A DNA stretch of 64,000 bases from Eledone cirrhosa (taxonomy: Eukaryota): assembly GCA_964016885.1 (NCBI GenBank), contig OZ024754.1:23808001-23872000 (forward strand), given 5' to 3'. The notes under the pieces are model-generated. The model saw only the letters and a list, made by a program, of their open reading frames with translations, ran no database searches and was not told the origin of the DNA. A program made the translations under genes and the position numbers. This document shows, in pieces, positions 1 through 12,845 of the stretch; positions within the stretch are counted from its first letter, which is position 1; each line of letters starts with the position of its first letter.

Positions 1-1950
1 TACGTGAGAAGAATTGTGTTGGTAGATAGATGTCTGCCCTTGATGGTTGTTTCAAAAATTTGTGGTCTAGCACCATGACGTACAACTGGAAGAATTTGGT
101 TTTAGTCACCAGATACCACTAAATGGTTCGAACATCTTTGAAGCTCCGGTAATCCATTAGGATGTTTATGACCTGTACCTGCACTTGCATTCAAGCAGAA
201 AATTCTGCCTTCATTTTCATTTACAGAGGTAATTACTTTGTGAAAAATAACCAGTTGCTGAGGATTCAATGTTGGCAGAAGTTCATTTATTTGTTTGCTT
301 GCAGTTGATGTTGGATCTTCTGTAGGACAATCTGCACGGTTTGCATGGACATGAATTGCTCATGACGTTCATGCATGATATCCTCTGCAAGACAATTCTT
401 CCATTTCTCCCAGAACTGCAGAGGGTCATTTGGCATGCAGTACAATAAAATGGTGCAGAAGATCTGTGGCAGCTGAGGACCAAGAGTAATAGATGAGGCG
501 TCTTCCACAGCTTTATCTTTTTCTCCATCTTCATCCAACAGACTAAGTTAATCTTTATATGAAGTTTACCCAGCCTTGTGATGTAGGATCATTCTGAGGT
601 AATATAATTCAGATTGATGTCTACTGAGAATGCGTCCAAGAGATTCACTCATAAATTGTTGATCACCATCCAGATGTCCCTCATTTTACTTTGCCACTTT
701 TTGTTTGTCCAAGTGAAATATTTAGGAATATCAATATACAATGTCTTGTTCCAACGGCTCTCTAATATTCAGTTGAAAATATTCCGTGAACTTAGTCATT
801 TGCTGTCCCCTAGAAACAACTCTTTCTTCCTGCCCTCGCTCAAACACGACCATTTCTTCCCCAGGTAAATGGCAAGGCAACTTTCCAGAATGCTTCACTT
901 GCTGAGATGTACCGTGCATTGATATAGGTCTCAATTTCATTTTGAGATTGGACACAATTTACTCGATCATCCTTAATAGTGAAAGTGATTTTGTCTGATC
1001 CTTTTGTGATGTACTTTAAGTACTTAACAGCCTTGACACTGTAGACAACCTCACAATTGACCATGCTGTCTACCCCTTCTTCTATACTTTGAAAAGGAAC
1101 TTTCGGCAACAAATGCGATTTGTGTGAATGCCTTGGGATAACTTTTCGAGCATTGGCATTGTTGTCTTAGCCCTTCCATACATGAGCACATCATATTAGC
1201 TTGTCCACATGGGCCATGAATGTTGCAAGATGGGGATGATCTTCTGTAGAATTGGAATCTCACAGTACACTACCTGATCAATGGCATCAGCAGTTTTATG
1301 CTTACTATCTTCAGCCATTATCAGCAGAATATGAGCATGAGTGGGGCCTCGTTTCTGCCACTCTATTGTAGCAGAACGAGCAACAACTTTTCCTAGGACA
1401 TTTTCTTTTTAGTATGTCACCCATGAGGCTGTCATACTTGATCTGGAAGACTCTTGCACAAATATCAGGACGGTCTCTAGGTTCTTGACCAGGGTGCAAA
1501 CTATTTTTTATTTCATCCCAGTTAGAGTTAGTTGTTACCGTGATGAAATAAGACGGCTTTCCCATGTGTCGAACCACGTCATCGAATTCTGAAAGCACTC
1601 ACTGTAGAAGCGAGGGGAACCATAGATTGAAGGCGGAAGAACAATTCTCCGGCCTTCATTTACTGAATCTCCTTTAGCCACAGCATCATAGAAACCCTCA
1701 TACTTTTCAGCTCACATCACGGTTCGATTGTTGCAGGCCCATTTGAGGCGACAACGTTGTATTTTTCCATGGGCATCTACAGCATATTGCTGCATCAGCC
1801 AGCTGCTCTTCACGACAACGTTACAGTCACCTTGCCTAACCTGAAACCGATAACCAGTGGGTGTGAGGGTGTGGTTGTTGTAAATATTTTTCAAACCAAC
1901 CCGAAACCCATCATTCCCACAAGGAAACAGTAGCACAGGACAATATTCAC
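1..1950 (-). pseudogene. Helitron RepHel pseudogene: Rep (HUH endonuclease) domain running into the start of the PIF1 helicase; frameshifted, continues beyond window start
   Basis: Minus-strand fragments in the expected order: LLFPCGNDGF; Rep motif 1 GKPSYFITVTTNSNWDEI..DRPDICARVF; motif 2 IEWQKRGPTHAHILL (~1320-1370); HGPCG; motif 3 VKYLKYITKG; NEIETYINARYISASEAFW; degenerate Walker A IFCLNASAGTG near 170-203. Many stops and frameshifts. Confidence 0.92.
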
Positions 1951-2218
1951 ATTTTCAGAGACTGGCATTCCAATGACTGCCTTGAAGCTTCTTATATGAT
2001 AAATGTTACCTATGATCTTAAATGTGTGACTAAATCCTGGCTTTCTCTCACCCCTCTCTCTATCTCTCTCCCATACACTGACATAGGATCATATAATTCA
2101 GCATTGTGGCTCTCTGTAAAATGTGAAAAGAAACGCAAGGTTTTAATTGACATATAATTAGATGTATGTATTTATGCCATGTGCGTTAATTTATATACGC
2201 ACAATAGTCAGTCTTCTG

Positions 2219-2548
2219 ATCTGTTACAAACACAATTCTCAGGGCGAAACAGATTAAATTTCTAATCTGTCCGGGAGATGAAATAATTATTGAAACGGTG
2301 TGTACATTTTACTCTTTATCCTGTATTTTCCGTTTGCTCGCACGAGGTGAAATATTCATTCGTGTAGCTTTTAGTTTTAGGTGTTTGTCACATTTGATCT
2401 TATCTCTCGCTGATGATGCCTTCGGATTATCTGTTACAAACACAATTCTCAGGGCGAAACAGATTAAATCTCTAATCTGTCTGGGAGATGAAATTGTTAT
2501 TGAAACGATCTGTACATTTTACTCTTTATCCTGTATTTTCCGTTTGCT
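2219..2548 (+). repeat. 1.6-copy tandem repeat of a 210-bp unit containing a hammerhead ribozyme (retrozyme or Penelope pLTR-like)
   Basis: ctgttacaaacacaattctcagggcgaaacagatta...cgtttgct occurs at 2221 and 2431 (period 210); followed by a (TA)n tract. Confidence 0.85.
2402..2489 (+). ncRNA. Type I hammerhead ribozyme (HHR-1)
   Basis: Stem I atctctcg/tgggagat; core CTGATGA 2410-2416 plus an extra U; stem II gcctt/agggc; GAAA 2456-2459; stem III cagatta/taatctg; GTC cleavage triplet 2479-2481. Confidence 0.88.
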
Positions 2549-2572
2549 TCAGGTTAAATCTGTCAAACCAAC

Positions 2573-2845
<273 letters not shown>

Positions 2846-2928
2846 AATAAAAGAACCATGTAGTCGATTTAACAGCACTAAGGTTGTCAAGGCTTATGGG
2901 CACTCTGAATGTGAGGACAATTCTGACA

Positions 2929-3245
2929 CTGAGAAATACTTCCCTGGAGCTAAGAAGACCCCGCCCCGAAAAGAGGCCCGACTCAATGGTGCCAAACCAA
3001 AAGGTATGCTTTCTCTCTCTCTCTCTCTCTCTCTCACATACACTTAATGTTAAAAGAAAGGCAAGCTTAGAAGTGACAAATAATTATGGCTGTCTGTCTG
3101 AACTTTCTAAATAAAACACACGCACACCCAACAAGGGAGAGAACCAAATAGTTAAATTATAGAGTAGCCTAACTTGAAATTTTAATTTTTTCCATTTTTT
3201 TTCATACATAAATGTTTATGGATCTGTGTTTTTGTGTGTGTGGAT
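2929..3245 (+). repeat. Diverged local duplication unit; paralogues at ~3755-4060 continuing at 6395-6545, and partly at ~2040-2170
   Basis: gagaaatacttccctggagctaag...ggtgccaaacc..aaggtatgct plus a CT tract at 2931-3035 and 3755-3933; aaaagaaaggcaa at 3052 and 3990; tatggctg..tgtctgaac...cacacccaacaagggaga at 3085 and 6403. Confidence 0.75.
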
Positions 3246-3250
3246 ATATG

Positions 3251-3283
<33 letters not shown>

Positions 3284-3307
3284 TGAGTGAGATAGATAAG
3301 TAGATGG

Positions 3308-3479
3308 ACAAGGCTGTCTTACATAGGTTTCCCGGTTGTTGTAATGATAGACCCCATTTCTATCACGAAAAACTTGAAATGAAGCAACTGGCTTATTAAT
3401 ATAATGTGCTGCCTGACCTAGGGTTTGAACTTATGACCTTATGTTTATGAGTTCAGCACACTAACCATTGAAGTACCAC
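3308..3479 (-). mobile_element. tRNA-derived SINE (degenerate)
   Basis: Minus strand head gtggtacttcaatggttagtgtgctgaactcataaacataaggtcataAGTTCAAACCCtagg: A-box-like and B-box motifs with tRNA spacing, followed by a non-tRNA body. The 3' limit is approximate. Confidence 0.65.
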
Positions 3480-3834
3480 CATCACATACTGAACCTACAT
3501 TAGAACACTACCACGCACTACAGCACTACCAGACACTACAACACCGCCATACCACACTACCACCATCACACTACATCACCACCAACACCACCATTCTATA
3601 TATTCAGATATATATCATATCTACCCCACCTTTAACCCTGGCCCTTTATAACCCCTAAAATCTCTATTTCAGATATATCGTCATTCCTACGTTTCCTCTA
3701 AATATGTAACTGCTTCACCACGGCCGTTGTTGTCCCTAATGAAGAGAGCGTTTTGAGAAATACTTCCCTGGAGCTAAGGAGACCCTGCCACGATAAGAGA
3801 CACGACCCAGTGGTGCCAAACCATAAGGTATGCT

Positions 3835-3934
<100 letters not shown>

Positions 3935-4317
3935 TCTATACACTTCTATAAGGTCATATAATTGAACATTGTGTTATTTCTAAAATGTGAAAAGAAAGGC
4001 AATGTTTTAACTAACATAATTAGATAGATATACATAGATACAACGCCGCGCACTCATATCATCTATATATATAAAACTGTGTGTGTGTGTGTGTGTCTCC
4101 TCATTTTTGCAAAGTCTATACAAATCCACATTTCTACTCTGATTGACTTCAAACGTGCATTTATATATTCCTTGCGGTCTAAAGATATTAACTGCAGCTT
4201 TTATTTTTCAATGTTCTGTTGTTAAAGAGGTTATCGATCTCCATCGTGCTCTTATAATATCTGTCTGCATAACGACATTATGACCAACACGTCATTGCTG
4301 ACGTATTATCTTCGCCA

Positions 4318-4321
<4 letters not shown>

Positions 4322-4367
<46 letters not shown>

Positions 4368-4388
4368 TATATATATATATATATATAT

Positions 4389-4473
<85 letters not shown>

Positions 4474-4475
4474 TG

Positions 4476-4515
<40 letters not shown>

Positions 4516-4522
4516 TGCACAT

Positions 4523-4564
<42 letters not shown>
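4322..4564. repeat. Compound (CA)n/(TA)n microsatellite
   Basis: Direct reading. Confidence 0.97.
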
Positions 4565-4567
<3 letters not shown>

Positions 4568-4617
4568 TTTCAGAAGATCCCGTTAAGGGTGAAAGCACCG
4601 ATTGTTTGCTTAAACTT
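4565..4617 (+). ncRNA. Degenerate hammerhead-like motif (core CAGAAGA instead of CTGAAGA)
   Basis: gagttt-CAGAAGA-t-ccc/ggg-t-GAAA-gca/tgc-TT-aaactt: three stems in type I topology but with core deviations; followed by AATAAA. Confidence 0.45.
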
Positions 4618-4659
4618 TAATCTGTTATTTTAATAAATATATATATATATATATATATA

Positions 4660-4700
4660 ATAATTGAATATAAAAGAAAAACGAACACAGATATATACAT
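4660..4700 (+). repeat. 41-bp perfect inverted repeat, partner at 5826-5866
   Basis: ATAATTGAATATAAAAGAAAAACGAACACAGATATATACAT is the exact reverse complement of 5826-5866. Confidence 0.9.
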
Positions 4701-4916
4701 ATGTGTTCAAATAGTAAGGCATCAGATTCGGTAAGGTGAAAAGAATACTAACTATAGACAATTTAAGAATAAATCAATAAAATAAATACAAACTTGGCTG
4801 CTATCTTTAGTGGTGTGAGTTTGTGAGACACGCTAAGTTCAGATACCATGTGCGTTATATATACGCACACTATTCAGTTTTTTAATATACTTAGAAATGT
4901 CCATGATACTAATTCT

Positions 4917-4996
4917 TCATCCACTGATGAGCAAGAATTGGTATTCATCTTGACAATTAATTTTGCGAAACAACATTACCAAAGCTGTCTGGGTGA
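4917..4996 (+). ncRNA. Type I hammerhead ribozyme (HHR-2)
   Basis: Stem I tcatcca/tgggtga; CTGATGA 4924-4930; stem II gcaaga/ttttgc with a long loop; GAAA 4967-4970; stem III caac/gctg (one mismatch); GTC 4987-4989. Confidence 0.8.
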
Positions 4997-5129
4997 TTGG
5001 TACTTACCACAATTCCGGTTTGTATTTATTTTCTTGATTTATTCTTAAATTGAGTCAGGCAAACCCTATTGTCTATAGTTAGTATACTTTTCACCTTAGC
5101 GAATCTGAACCCTTACGATTTGAACACAT

Positions 5130-5740
5130 ATCGGCTTCCGGATCTGCCAGCCACACCAATGTCGTTGCGGTTCCACCGTGGACTCTTTCGGCCTCCACCC
5201 GCTTTCCTGTCGCCTCGGTGCCGGCCGCATTCCACGCCATACTGCCCTCAACGAGGTCATTAAGCATGGCTTGGACGCTGCAGGCTTCCCCTTCCCAGCT
5301 CGAGCCGGTGGGGCTGGATCGAGGGGACGGCAAAAGGCCAGATGGCATGACCATCTTCCCGTTCCGCGGTGGCAAACCCCTCGTCTGGGATGTCACTTGC
5401 ACCGACACTTTCTGCAGCCGCAACCTGGTGCAGTCTGCGACTGACCCAGGTTCTGCTGCACGTCGGGCTGAGGGGGCCAAACTCCTCAAATACCGGTCGC
5501 TCTCTGACAGGTTTGCGGTCGTTCCCCTGGCAGTGGAGACTTCTGGTGTCCTCGGCCCCAGGGCTACCGCCTTACTCACCACCATAGGCGCTGAGCTGGC
5601 CAGCCGCAGGTGTGAGCCCGCGAGTTGGAGTGGCTTTTCCAGCGCGTCTCCCTTACCGTCCTCCGGGGAAACGCCTTCTCCATTCTGTCCGCCGGGGCTG
5701 TCGGTAGGCCCCATCGCGTACCAATACATTAGTTAAATAA
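5130..5740 (+). mobile_element. 5'-truncated CRE-like non-LTR retrotransposon: zinc knuckle plus restriction-like endonuclease (RLE), frameshifted
   Basis: ICQPHQCRCGSTVDSFGLHPLSC..GRIPRHTALN, then in another frame LEPVGLDRGDGKRPDGMTIFPFRGGKPLVWDVT...K..KY...VPLAVETSG (PD..D RLE signature). Confidence 0.85.
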
Positions 5741-5951
5741 CATTCTTTCATCTGATAAAGACTAAAATTCACAATAAAGACTAAAGTGTTTTTAAAAATT
5801 TTTTTTTTTAAATACTACATCAAACATGTATATATCTGTGTTCGTTTTTCTTTTATATTCAATTATAATATCCGACTCGGAAAAATCTCTTTAATAGAGC
5901 TATTTTATTGTAAGAGACTATTTTGAGTTTCTAACTCAATATATACCTTTG

Positions 5952-6015
<64 letters not shown>

Positions 6016-6106
6016 CACATACTCAAACACATATACACAAACACATATACACACATATATATATATATACACATATACTTATATATAAATATACACATAA
6101 AAATCT

Positions 6107-6345
6107 ATCTAGGGCGGGTAAATTTCCCGAGATCCATGGACGAGTTCTCTCCAGCGTCTCCAACAGACCAGTCAGTGTCTGTCCTTAGGGCATCAACATA
6201 TGTTAATTTTGGTCTTCCCCTTCCAGTGTGTCTATGCAGGGGCTCCCACAGGAGCACTGAGTACAGTGTCAACTCTGGATGTCGGTGAGCATATCCAGTT
6301 CGTGAGTTTTCACAGGCACTCACAAATGAACGTTTCTCATTGGAG
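6107..6345 (-). mobile_element. RTE-clade LINE 3' fragment
   Basis: GYAHRHPE...[28 protein letters not shown] matches the RTE ORF C-terminal motif (W.P...R.RGRP..T..D); abuts a TA-rich tract. Confidence 0.75.
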
Positions 6346-7245
6346 GTGCTATTACCAATATTCTTATCCGTGCAACGCCGGGATACACTGCTAGTGTGTC
6401 TGTATGGCTGAATGTCTGAACTTAATAGCTAAATAAGACACCCACACCCAACAAGGGAGATACCCAAATGGTAAAATATAGAGTTACTTCCCTTGAAATT
6501 ATATTTTTCTGTCTTTTTCATACATATATCGTTATGGATATGTTTGTCTATCTATTTACCTGAGCGAAAGAGAGGTACAGATAAATATATATTTATTTAT
6601 ATATATATAAACGGAAAAAAATGAAACGAAATTTCATTTCCCACTCTTAGTACGGCTGTTACTTAAATATAAGTATGTACACGTACATACATATATGTAT
6701 ACAGACGTACAGACGTACAGTAGTATGTATATATATATACATACATGCACACATATATATATGTACGTATGGATTCACCGAACATTTATTATAATGCTCG
6801 GTGTGTTTGTAAACAAACATCCCGTATTAAGCCGTAGTGTCTAGCAACCATCGTTGCTCGTTTGTTCAACACTGACAAAGGAACGCTGTACTAGTTTCAA
6901 GCTGTATACATATATGTATGTACGTGTACATATATATATATATATTTCAACCAGGTTTGATGGTCTTTATTCTCTCGTTCACGATTTCACCGAATTTAAA
7001 TTCATAGAAATCTGGGACTTGTCTCTTTCTTCCTCACTTACTGTTGCTTCACCATTTTGTTTGTTTACCCTCGCGTCCCCTTTATTTACGTGTCCCAACG
7101 ACTTTTTTTAGCCGTTGCTCGCACCAACCGGAGGTATATGGTCTTTAAAGCGATGAAATGCCTATGATGGTTGGAAGATCACTGATGAAAGACAAACTTT
7201 TTTCATATGTAACCCATTCGCAACTCCGCAGCGCCCTTATTATCA

Positions 7246-7302
<57 letters not shown>

Positions 7303-7380
7303 TATCCGGGAGCTTCCAACAGTAATGGTTGCATTTTTTAAGGGTATGTCAATATTTATTTATAAAACTGATCTATATTG

Positions 7381-7445
7381 TATTTTATCTGATGAAAGCA
7401 CACCATAATTTAACGTGGTGTCCTTGAAATATGTATAATAAAATA
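7381..7445 (+). ncRNA. Minimal type I hammerhead ribozyme with a near-palindromic short helix III (HHR-3)
   Basis: Stem I TATTTTAT/ATAAAATA (8 bp, perfect); CTGATGA 7389-7395; stem II aagcacaccat/gtggtgtcctt (10 of 11 pairs); GAAA 7426-7429; helix III ATATGTAT; AUA triplet 7435-7437. Confidence 0.75.
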
Positions 7446-7513
7446 AATATGGTTTTATAAATAGTTTCCATTTGTAAATATCGTATATATATATATATAT
7501 ATGTATAGATAAC

Positions 7514-9094
7514 TTTCTTTTTATTTAAAATCCAGGGCGTCAAAGAGTGGGACAAGTACAATGGGGGGAGTTTACATAAAAAGGCATCCTCAATAAGGAG
7601 GAGGCAATAACAAAATATAAAAATATAAAATATAACAAAAATAAATTGAATAACAAAATCCTCAATAGGGAGGAAGCGCCTTGGGGGGTCGCACACACAC
7701 CCGAAACAGTGTGCAACCCGTCTCCTCAGGAGCACAGAGAGAGGGTGCTCCCTTGATCTTTCATCTTTCTCACCTACAGTCTGTTGTAGAGTGAAGGCCC
7801 ATTCACACGGGCCATTCTTGCCACTTTCACCCATCTTTCATAAAAACGGCTGGGGTGCAGCACCTCTCTCTCTATCCTGATCCTTCTTCCGAAATGATAT
7901 CGGAAGAAACGGACCAGTTGTTGGCCAGAGAGAAAGGTGTCTGACCTCAGTCCTTTCAGACGCGTCCATCATAAAATCTCTTTCTCCATGGCTATTACGC
8001 ACAGAAACACCGCCTCTCCTTCGTTTTTTTAAGAGGGGAGGCGCCTTGATCGTTACAATAGACTCGGTGGTCAACCGGATCGGTCCCACCCGTGACAGCA
8101 GTCGTTCGACATAGCCCCACAGATCGGCAATGCAGAGCAGTGTAGCAATGCGAGTGCAACGGTTTCCTCGTCGCACCCGCATCTGAGACAGATCTTTTTC
8201 GAGGGGTCCCTACCCAGCGCCCGTGTCTGTAGAGCCTTTCTCGAACGGGCAGAGCCCCTCGGTAGCACTGCCAGGCCAGGGACCTCTGGAAGTTATCCAT
8301 GGGTCCCGGGCTGAATATCCTACCGAACAGGTTGGCCAGTTCGTTTTCCTCCATGCCTAGGGCTTCTCCGAGGGCGTCGTCGCACCTGCTAACCACCAGC
8401 ACTCTATAGAATGACGAGGTGGATTCTCCACTGACAGCCGGGTCCGCCTGCCAGAGAGCCGTGAGCGCCTGGGCACACTCGGTGTGCCAGGCGCCCAATT
8501 TTCTTGGTCTTTGCTTGACCCAGGATTGCAGCTCGGTGAGCGAGACGAGTCTGGGAAAGGCTCGCCTCACAAACGGGGCCCACACCGGTTGACCGGTGAT
8601 GAATACCTGAAGGTGCCGTAGCCTTAATGCGTGTTTACGTATCATCAGACACGGAACCCCCAGCCCTCTTTTCGAAGGGTGTTGACAGCAGATGGATCTC
8701 CTCACCATAGGAACCCGCTTCTTCCAAAGGAATTGGAAGAGTGCGCGCTCCATTTTGGCGAGCGTTTCCCTTGGGCAAGACACGACGGTCAGGCGGTAGT
8801 AGATGACGGACGCTATATAAGTGTTCGCCACCTCCGCCCGACCTTTCAGGGACAGTTTGCACTCGGCACACTTCTGGGTCAGTGCAAACACCCTGTTCGT
8901 TACCTCACCCCAGTTCTTCTCCACCTGGAGGTCTGGTCCGAACCAGACCCCGAGCAACTTCACCGGGCCCGACGACGCCATCAACAACTCCAACTTCCGC
9001 AGCAGTGGCTCTAGAGTAGGGAGGAGAGAGGGCACTCTTGTCGGATGGACCGCGCGATTTCGAACGGCTCCAAGAGGTAGCCGTTCACCTTGAC
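7514..9094 (-). mobile_element. 5'-truncated L1/Tx1-clade LINE: partial RT, ORF2 C-terminus, 3' UTR and A-rich tail
   Basis: VKVNGYLLEPFEIARSIRQECPLSP (RT motif) followed by an internal deletion lacking YADD; KLLGVWFG...LSLKGRAEVAN...FLW...GLGVP; frameshifted zinc knuckle CLRCGCDEETVALALLHC; tail TAAATAAAAAAGAAAG next to a TA tract. Confidence 0.88.
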
Positions 9095-10273
9095 AAGAGC
9101 TGAGGTTCGTGCCTGCATGCCTTAAGTCGTCCATGCTGTGGCTCCAGGTGGAGAGTTTGTACCTGAGGACAAATATGCGTGCTCATTTGCATGGTGACAT
9201 GTCTGCAGCATTTGCTCAGAATATTTTAGCACTTGTTGAGGGCAATGTCCCTGCGGATGACAAGGGCGGCATAGCAATCGACTCACTGTGCAACATTGTG
9301 AGCAGCCCTTCTGACCTTTGGGAAGCAGTTTTTCCTAATGTCTCATCTAACTTTAAAAACCTCAATTAGCTCAGCGAAAGAGCCATCCTTGCTCGGAAAA
9401 ATACCATGGTTAATTTTATTAACGAGGAGCTGATTGAGAAGATTCCCGGTAAAGAACACATCTTCAAATCTATCGACCGGGCGTCAGACCCCGACGATAT
9501 CGTTAATTATCCGGTTGAGTTATTAAATTCCCTTGAGCCCGCAGGGCTCCCCTCACATTCTTAAGCTTAGGGTTGGCTGTCCCATTATGCTAATAAGGAA
9601 CTTGCGTCCACCAAAGCAGTGCAACGGCACTCGCATGGTCGTCAAGTCACTGACGCCCACTTGATTGAGGCCACCATTATAACGGAGTGCGGGAGAGGGG
9701 AGAATGTTTTCATTCCAAGGATGAACCTTTTCCCCTCGGCGTCAGATATCCCGTTCGATTTCCGGCGATCCCAATTCCCGGTGAGACCATTTTTTCCCAT
9801 GTCCATTAACAAGTCACAAGGGCAAACATTGTCGGTGGCGGTCATCCATTTGGGGGAGCCATGCTTCTCCCATGGCCAACTTTATGTTGCCTGTTCCCGC
9901 GTATGGAGCAGGACTGGACTTTTTGCTTACACTCCTCAAGGGATGACACGCAATATCGTCTACAATGAGGTGCTATAGATGTAGGAGCTATGCCGTCTGG
10001 AAAACTGGTAGGGTCACCCATGGCGGACAGATCTGACATGCAGCGGCATCAGGGCCACCATCTTGCAACTTTGTTCTACTAAATTTGCTATTGGAAGATT
10101 ATTAACCCATTATTGATTGTCCAAAACGCTAATTGGTTCGTAACTATTAATAACCGGTTCAACTGATTTATGCACTTAATTGATAAGCTTATGCGCTTTC
10201 AAGCTACGTTTACTTGTATGTAACTTTTCATAGCAAATGAACAAACCCGAGCAACGCCGGGCTAAACTGCTAG
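9093..10273 (+). mobile_element. Helitron 3' portion: PIF1 helicase C-terminal pseudogene (to 9978) and intact 3' terminus
   Basis: CLKSSMLW..LYLRTNMR, ERAILA, YPVELLNSL, CNGTR, FIPR, QFPVR..SINKSQGQTL, FSHGQLYVACSRV, TRNIVYNEVL*; hairpin CCCGagcaacgcCGGG 10246-10261 and CTAG|T 10270-10274. Confidence 0.93.
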
Positions 10274-10329
10274 TTATCAATAATGTTATATCTCGCAATG
10301 GCCATACTCGATAACGAGGGCGCAGCCAT

Positions 10330-12010
<1,681 letters not shown>

Positions 12011-12794
12011 GGGGTAGATAGAAAGACAGTTATACAGACAAGGACAGAGAGAGAGTGCTGTTTCTTAGGGTAATCCACCCACCCCATCATGTTTTCTATA
12101 AAACAATTACGCGTGTTGTTGTTTCTTTGATGCCGATAATACACATGTGTATCAAACAGTGATGATATGTCACTATAGAGAGGAAATGAATATTTACAAA
12201 GAAAAACTGAAATATAATTTTAAAAAATTTAACGAATATTTATTTTTTATCTTTTGGAGTCAGTCAACATTTACCGCCATGTTCTTTATTCTTTGTTAAC
12301 AATAAAAGAATCTAATTTATGACATACACCTCACTTCCGCGGGTAAACTTGATCGGACGAGCTCGAAGAAAACGGTTACGGGTGCTATCCGTTGCGGCTT
12401 GTGAATATTCCGTTTTCAAGACGGCTACGTACCGGCTTACCCTATGCGATGTCGGCTGTCTCCCTCTCGAACGATATGCCGACCTTTACTCGTCCGCCCC
12501 GCCTGCACGTTAACGCCCGTCTTCCGCCTCCGATGCGTGTTCCGCCGTTGATGCGTGCCGAGTCGGCCGCCACCGACCCGTGTGGCTGCTGGGGAATCCA
12601 GCCGACGACGACGCCCGAACGGCGAAGTGGTGTAGCTTCACCGACGACACGCCGCCTTCTATCTCTCTAGCCATTCAAGGCCCTGCATCGACAGCGGGAC
12701 TGAAGCCAACCCGCCGTCTAGGCGGTTCCGCAGCCGACCCGTGGCCGGCAGATCGCCCTCGGGGAATTAGCGACGATCGCGGAGGATGCAGCGC

Positions 12795-12845
12795 GGCCAG
12801 GGGGTCCTGTCTACTATATAGGGTAACCTCGGTCAGACGAGCTCA
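12795..12845 (+). promoter_or_regulatory. Putative RNA polymerase I gene promoter/initiation site (TATATAGGG at 12815-12823)
   Basis: ggccagggggtcctgtctacTATATAGGGtaa..ga..gagctc is a diverged paralogue of the spacer copies, but with its own upstream context and followed by a different ETS-like sequence; matches the TATATAGGG-type Pol I start motif of plants and arthropods. Confidence 0.6.

Larger units (their letters stand above)
4062..6394 (+). mobile_element. Non-autonomous Helitron-bounded segment containing nested or captured retroelement fragments
   Basis: 5' A|TCtatatatataaaac(tg)n at 4062; 3' hairpin ccgtgcaacgccggg (6368-6382) then CTAG|T (6391-6395). The segment interrupts a unit that is contiguous in its paralogue at ~3050-3110. 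Confidence 0.65.

Noticed and set aside
3409-3479. Functional tRNA gene
   Set aside because: Poor acceptor-stem pairing and a degenerate B box; better explained as a SINE head.
7182-7200. CTGATGA at 7182 (and its minus-strand homologue near 11534-11540) as a hammerhead
   Set aside because: No stem II followed by GAAA and no closing helices found.
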